64,000 nt of DNA from NCBI RefSeq assembly GCF_009914755.1, contig NC_060926.1, one strand, 5' to 3'. Position numbers and translations under genes: made by a program. Under the pieces are notes generated by a model. That model made no database searches. It was not told the DNA's origin and worked only from the letters and a program-made list of their open reading frames with translations. The stretch is from the human T2T-CHM13v2.0 reference genome, Homo sapiens. Shown one piece after another: positions 53,841 to 64,000 of the stretch (the first letter of the stretch is position 1; every line of letters begins with the position of its first letter).

Positions 53841-54403
53841 CAACAGTCCCCAATCATTATGGTACCAGCGATGGGTTTCATAAAAGACAATCTTTCCATG
53901 GACTGGGACAGTGGGTGGGGGGATGGTTATCAGGACTATTCAAGCACACTACATTTATTGTGCACTTTATTTCTATTATTATATTGTAATATATAATGAA
54001 ATAATGACATAAATCACCTTAATGTAGAATCAGTGGGAGCCCTGAGCTTGTTTTCCTACAACTAGATCGTCCCATATGGGGGTGATGGGAGACAGTGACA
54101 GATAATCAGGCATTAGATTCTCATAAGGAGCATGCAACCTAGGTCCCTTGCATGTGCAGTTCACAATAAGGTTCAGCCTCCTATGAGAATCTAATGCCAC
54201 TGCTGCTTCTGCTGATCTGACAGGAGGCGGAGCTCCAGTGGTAATGCAAGCAACGGGGAGCAGCTGTAAATATAGATGAAGCTCCACTCTCTCTCTCTGA
54301 AATAATAATTCAGTCAAATACAGATGAACCTCCTGCTGTGCAGTTTGGTTGCTAACATGCCATGGACCAATACTGGTTCATGGCCTAGGTGTTGGGGACC
54401 CTG
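53841..54403. mobile_element. MER1A-type hAT-Charlie non-autonomous DNA transposon
   Basis: TIRs caacagtccccaa / ttggggaccctg; 8-bp TSD ccttagac/ccttaggc; internal MER1 text (ggcattagattctcataaggagc). Confidence 0.85.
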
Positions 54404-54454
54404 CCTTAGGCCATTTCCCATCTACACAGCTGCCAAAGCTCATCTTTTTAAAAC

Positions 54455-54690
54455 GGCTGACAAATTTGTAGAAACAGAAAGCAGAATAGAGGTTACTAGG
54501 GCTGAGAGAAAAAGAATGGAGAATTATTACTTAGTGGGTACAAAGTTTCTGTTTGCAATGATGGAAAGGTTTTGGAAATAGAGAGTAGTGATAGTTAGAC
54601 AATATTGTGACTACAATTAATGACAATTGTAATTCTAAAATACTTAAAATGGCACACTTAATATTATATATTTTTACCACAAAATAGATA
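54455..54690 (+). mobile_element. Old L1 (L1MB) 3' fragment
   Basis: aaatttgtagaaacagaaagcagaatagaggttactagggctg...gggtacaaagtttctgtttg. Confidence 0.7.
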
Positions 54691-54900
54691 AAAGCTAGAA
54701 AAAAAGCCTCTTAAAAGAATACAGGAAAAGATGCCTATCCCAAAACCCTTTAATCATCTCTGTCTATTCCTATACCGACTTATTCTAATTTTTATGAAAG
54801 CTTTTGGAGGCTGCAGAACGTGTCTAATATATGCTGTAATAGTAACCAGAATATTTGTTTGCTTAGCTGAATAATTACAAATAAAAGCACTTTACTTGGA

Positions 54901-55512
<612 letters not shown>

Positions 55513-56131
55513 TAGCATTTTACTTGGTACATGTTTTTTTCCATTTTATGATGTGGGGGCAGAAGTAACTCTTTAGCAGCTCATACCCAGATTCCTTTTA
55601 CAGAGAGAGACCGTTTACTTGAACAGAGCTCTAAGGTAAACAAGAGTAACAAAAAGAATCTCGGCTAGGGAAGGATTCTGCTTACAGTAATCCAGGGGAG
55701 GAGGAATACCTGAATCATACTTGAGCCTGGAAAATCTAGATCCTTGATTTTCAAATTATTTGTCATCTAAGATTGTGTATAACTTTGTATAAGATATAGG
55801 CTTAGCAGTGTCCCCTTCATATTTACTTATTAAAGAAAACCAAAACTTCCTTGATTACAAAAACTGAAGTATATATTTAAAAAGTTGTTAGTGGGAAGAA
55901 AAATGATGCCAGAGCCCAAGAAATTAATTAAGGCAATAATAGCAAGAGGACCAGATGAACCAGAAGAAAGGAAAATACAAAGAAATTAAAATCAGCAAAT
56001 AAAGCAAAAGTATTCTAAAATCTAAATGGGAATTTAAGTAAACAGAACAAAAAGGGGTTGAGAGGTTATTGAAAACACAGGCAACCTTAAATGTCTTGCA
56101 TTCTTTAAGCCTTTACAGAGTGTTATTTTTA

Positions 56132-56483
<352 letters not shown>

Positions 56484-57384
56484 TGAGCATTACTAGACTC
56501 ACAACAATATGAAAGCATTAGTCCTTGCTTCCACAAGAAAGGAGATTTCCTAACTGTCGCTCAGGTAATTTAATCTCTACATTCTACCTTGTTTACAGCC
56601 ATATAGCTGTAAGATTGCAGCCTGGGCCAGAGATCTGTACAGCAGAATTGGAAGGAGCTATCATGGTGTGACTTGCTGAAAGAGTTTCTGTCCAAAATCA
56701 AATTCTTCCACTGACTTGCTTCACTGACTCTTATTCCCACCATTTGAAAATGTTTGCTTTGGGTTAAGGTATTATTGTCACAAGAAATTTTCTTAAGACA
56801 TAGATCTCCCAGGGAGAGCTAAGATTCTGGGATTCATTTGTTAATGTGAACTCAGCAGGACACAAACGAACAAGGCACAGAACAGCTCAGTTTCTGTGTG
56901 TGGAGGGTCCCGTGGATCTGTTTTCTTGCTCACATCTCAGTCAGAAGTCTCATGTCACTACATACTAACATATTTTCCTCATTTAATATCCGATATTGCT
57001 ACTGATGAGTATTTCCCTTTAATGAATTACATTTGGGTTACAGTTATCTTCACCATTCCTACACAGATAAGCAGGCCTTAATTTACAAATGAGCCAAACA
57101 TTCATACAGTAATTTTGGTCTCTCACTGCCAATTAATTACAGAAAACAATGGAGCTTTTTTGTAAATCTGGGGCTTAAATGTGAAGGAAGAAAAGACTCC
57201 CAGGTCGAGATGTGCCTACGATGGCTGACTCCAAGGACAATCTTGCTGGCAGTGATAGCCTACCTATTTAGAGGCCACTCTGTCCCTTTCCTCATCCCCA
57301 AATCTCTTCCAAATGTTGCCTAAATTCCACCATATAGAGTTTGTTTTGATTAATAAAATTCATATGCACCTGACAGAGAACTCA

Positions 57385-57636
57385 AAAGGACATAGAGGCC
57401 AAATTTGGGGCAATTTAAATATCAAAAGGAATAATGACTGCAATTGATTATAAAACAGTGAATAAATAAAAACCCATGAATCTATAGTGATACTCAAAGA
57501 GAGAGAGAGAAAAAAGATAATTTGCCACCTTTGAAGGTGACTGTTATACTAACTTCTTATTCTGAAAATTGGTAATTAAAGTACCTACCCTGTCTTTTAA
57601 GGAGGAATTGTAGTTCATTCCCAGTTGGTGAAGAGA

Positions 57637-57692
<56 letters not shown>

Positions 57693-58200
57693 ACAAATGC
57701 TAGCTAATAAATGTAGAAGAAATGATATAATTAGAAAAGTCATCATTCTGTCATCCCCAATGAAATAATAATTCAGTCAAGGGTGATCAAAAATGCTAAC
57801 ACATAATGGGAAAGGTTGTTTTGGGGTCCAATATTTGCATGGGACCAAAGTACCACCTCAGAGATGACCTTCTCATTACAAAGGAGGGTTTTACCACTTT
57901 GATGAAATTTAACATCACAAATAGCGGGACAATCTGATATTGTGTGCCGCGTAATGTGACACAACAATCTAAACTACACATCATCACCTCTGATATACTC
58001 TTGCTCAACCTGATTAATTTGAAGTTAATAAGAGTTTGGATTTAACCTTCCAATTTATAGGAAATGAAGGAGACAGAGAATCTAGTTAAATCGCACCTGC
58101 AGAAAACAATCAAATAAACCCAAAATGTAAAGCATCCTACAAATTCATTTGTCCTGATCTCTTCAAAAGGTCAATTTTATGGGGAAAAAAGTGGAGGTGT
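57385..58200 (+). mobile_element. Old L1 (L1MC/ME) 3' fragments containing (TG)n at 57642-57689
   Basis: aatttggggcaatttaaatatcaaaaggaataatgactgc; gatgaaatttaacatcacaaatagcgggacaatctgatat. Confidence 0.55.
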
Positions 58201-58459
58201 GACACCTTTCCTTACCCATTGTAAGGGTCATGGCCAACACTCTTATAACAGAAGACAAGTTAGTAAGAGAAAAGTGTAACTAATTAATTTAATCAAAGTT
58301 TTATGTGAAAGTCATTTGTAAAGCACCTACTAAAAAGATTTCAGCCTTTTCAGACTTCCAAATTGGGATTTGTCTGAAAGAGAACGTAAGTCCCTGTGAA
58401 TGACTCCTTAATACTTTTTGTATCAAATTACCTCCTCAATCTCTAAATCATTCAACTGT

Positions 58460-58460
<1 letters not shown>

Positions 58461-58510
<50 letters not shown>
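58461..58510. repeat. (TG)n microsatellite
   Basis: About 25 GT units. Confidence 0.95.
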
Positions 58511-58511
<1 letters not shown>

Positions 58512-58856
58512 GGGAGAAGGAAGTGATATATCTTGTCATCTTAACAAATACACTAATCAGGCCTAACCTCTTCTTTAGCTTCCTAGGAGGCATGTACAAA
58601 TCCCCTGAGAGTTCTCACGCACTTACACCACCTCATACTTTTCCCAGGGAAAGTGGCCACTCGTAGGAGAACAATGGGTGCATTTCACAAAGTTTCTCAG
58701 GAAGTTCTATACCTCAGTGTGACAAAACCTTATGGAAACAAGAGGAGAGAGAAAACGAAAAAGGGAAGGATCCAGAAGGAAGCAGTGATGAACTAAAGGG
58801 AAAAACCAATGTCCTTAATAAAGACAAAAAAGGAAAACATCAAAAAGAAGCAACAG

Positions 58857-59387
<531 letters not shown>

Positions 59388-59614
59388 TTAAGAATAGGGA
59401 TATTAATTTGACAGATAATCATTTGTGACCTTGGAAAAACAATTTCGATAGCCTGTGGCAGAAACTAGGAACACTTAAGAAATGAGTGGCAGCCTGTGAC
59501 AGAAACTAGATTAGGAACACTTTAGAAATGAGTGCTGACAAGAAAGTGGAAGTAAATACAAGATGGCAAGTGAATAAATTTCTGAAAAGAGACCAGGTAC
59601 CTGCTCTAGACAGG

Positions 59615-59802
59615 GCACTGTACTGGGCACTGTGCAGACTTCACGGGCATATGACCTTTGCAGTTGCACAGAGTCCAGCACTTATAAGGGTCCTGGCTTG
59701 GCTTAATACTTTGATGTCATGTCTTGAAATTCTTAATAATTTTTGAACACGGCACCCTGCATTTTCATTTTGCACATGGCTCCACAAATTATGCAGTAGG
59801 TC
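59615..59802. mobile_element. MER91-like hAT DNA transposon
   Basis: gcagttgcacagagtccagcac...tcttgaaattcttaataatttttgaacacggcaccctgcattttcattttgcac. Confidence 0.6.
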
Positions 59803-60159
59803 TGTATTAGTTCGTTCTCATGCTGCCATGAATACCCAAGACTGGCAATTTATAAAGAAAAAGGTTTAATTGGCTCACAGTTCCACATGGCAGGGGAGGC
59901 CTCAGGAAACTTACAACATGGCAGAAGGCACCTCTTCATAGGGCAGAAGGAGAGAGAATGAGTGCAAGCAGGGGAAATGCCAGATGCTTATAAAACCATC
60001 AGATCTCCCGAGACTCACTAATTATCATGAGAACAGCATGGGAGAAACCACCCCCATGATTCAATTACCTCAACCTGGTCCCATCCTTGACATGTGGGGA
60101 TTACAGGGATTACAATTCAAGGTGAGATTTGGATGGAAACAAAGAGCCAAACCATATCA
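59803..60159 (-). mobile_element. THE1 (MaLR) solo LTR
   Basis: tgtattagttcgttctcatgctgc...agccaaaccatatca; perfect 5-bp TSD aggtc. Confidence 0.92.
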
Positions 60160-60957
60160 AGGTCCAACAGGGCACTGAAGGGGACCCAAAATATGTCATC
60201 CATGATTCATATATCTAATGTTGAATATTCCATAAATAAGTGAATTGCCTACTACAGAGCCAATCACTGTAGTGGTCTCTGGAAACATAAGAAACATAGT
60301 GAACAACACAAATGTATGATAGATTTTTAAAGAAAAGGTTGTTACCTTCAAGAATATTAAAATGTAAATACAGTGATTATATGACATTCTAATTCAGCAC
60401 TTTACTTGCAGGGCCTATATAATTTTAGTCAATGTATTCAACTTTCCTACATCCCAGATTAGGGAGAATTTACCCTCCTAAGTTTATTAAGGGAATGAAA
60501 TCAGGAACATAATGTACGTGGCCCATTACAAGGTATACAGTAGTATTCAATAATGTGAGTGACTATGATGAATTTCCAGCACCTAACATTGCCTGGCACA
60601 TAGTAAGAGTTTGGTAAATAACTTTGTTAAGTGGAAGAGAAAGGAAATTTCAAATCAATCTGGATAGTTAGACATATATTGGTAAAAATAAAACAAATAT
60701 GTTTGTTTCATATATATAAGCATTGATTAGGCCAACAAGAAAATGTGAGAGGATATGTAATAAGTTGTTGATCATGGTCAAATCTATGTAATAGGATTTT
60801 GTGGGGAAAGACTTTTTGTGTGTGTTTTACTTTATAAACTCCTTATTTAAAAATCAAGATTTTAGAAAATAAAGCTTTGGTATATTCTGAATATAATGGC
60901 ACATAACAAAGCTTATAGTTTATTACAATTCCTCCCTTTTAAGGGTTACCTTCTTCC

Positions 60958-61760
<803 letters not shown>

Positions 61761-62017
61761 CTAATATCAAAATGTATTCACAGGAACAAGTTCAAGTTGA
61801 TCACTAAAAAACACGGAAAATTTTAATTTGAAAGTTTTATGCAAATTCAATATTTAATATCATTCCTAATACTTTGTATTTTATCAAAATCAGATGCTTA
61901 AAAGAAAACATTACCACCACTTAGATGCCTCCAAATATCTTCTAGTTTACCCTACTATGCTGTACAAAAATGATTATTTTCTGTATGTCATGATATAAAG
62001 GAGAGGGCCTGATATAG

Positions 62018-63084
<1,067 letters not shown>

Positions 63085-64000
63085 TAGACAAAAGCATAAA
63101 AAATAACTAATGTCTAAAAACAGCATACAGTCAGGATGAACAACAAATCTGGACCAATACAATAGGGAGGACAAAAAGATGTGAATAAACGGGCTGACAT
63201 TTCATGTTCCTGGAGAGAACTTAGTATCCCATCCCACATTGTTTCGCGATTTAACATTAACATTTATACAAAAGTTACTAATTAGAACAAAAGTTATTGA
63301 TTAGAATTAACTTATTAGAAAAACCTGGACAAACATACCCTAAAGTGCAGCCAGGTGATCACTCTTCTTGATCACCTATGTAATGTCTCATAGAGTACTC
63401 TGGTGTGAATAGCAATTTCCAAAGGTCTTTCACTTTGCATTTTTCTTTGTATCCAGAATCGATAAAGTTACCAGGACTATTTCACAGTAATTAGACTTAC
63501 AAAATCTTAACACTAAATAGACGCTAAGGCTATACATTCTTCCAATGTCTCAAGTCTATTGCTGGCCATCAGGAGCACCTGGATACGTAGAACATAAGAA
63601 AGTTTGCGAAAAAGGAATCAAAGCAACAGGAGGAGTCTGGTTTGAACGGTTATTTCAACCAAATTACATTAAGGACTGCTAACTGTTTTCTGCCCCACAA
63701 AAATACCCTTTGTAAATGTTTCCAAACTATAACACAGGTCCTCCTGGAGCAACGGCTAGATAAATTAACAAACTTTTAGACTTTACGCTCCCCTTTTCCA
63801 AACTCCAAGTCGACCACTCCCCATTTGTTAACAGAAACTTACTATAACTGATTAGATTTCTAACCTTTCCTAGGGAGAGCCAGTTCAATTCTAAAAGGGT
63901 TGGTCACATGGGTTGCTAAATTAAAATATAAAGCATTTCCTAACAGGGAAGGGAGGCTGGTCAATTGTGGTTATTTTTATCAGTAACTTTAAATATGGAT

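Noticed and set aside
61780-62000. Possible 3' UTR end of a minus-strand gene
   Set aside because: Only AT-rich words resembling poly(A) signals; no upstream exon is visible in the window.

Overview
Primate, almost certainly human, intergenic DNA that is very dense in Alus (about 50 Alu elements or monomers), with MIR, L2, L1, MaLR/ERV1 LTRs and hAT DNA transposons. I find no intact protein-coding gene. There are three clear retrocopies: a 5'-truncated STUB1 (CHIP) processed pseudogene at about 29.9-30.7 kb, a Y1 RNA retrocopy at 47.2 kb, and a 5'-truncated KRT8 processed pseudogene at 50.2-51.3 kb. From memory, the STUB1P1 and KRT8P40 pair lies on chr2q31, just upstream of HNRNPA3 at the distal end of the HOXD-MTX2 gene desert; this placement is unverified. 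The repeat-poor blocks at 1-2.2, 10.2-12 and 13.4-19.3 kb look regulatory and carry two divergent CTCF motifs. I see no evidence of a wholly new biological system. The most interesting signals are molecular fossils: a STUB1 retrocopy that preserves a 23-nt alternative splice extension, a tailless internal L1 fragment at an apparent deletion junction, a 20-nt templated insertion copied from 3.5 kb away, a retroposed ERV LTR transcript end, and a 116-bp triplication. Repeat boundaries and subfamily calls were made by eye and are approximate.
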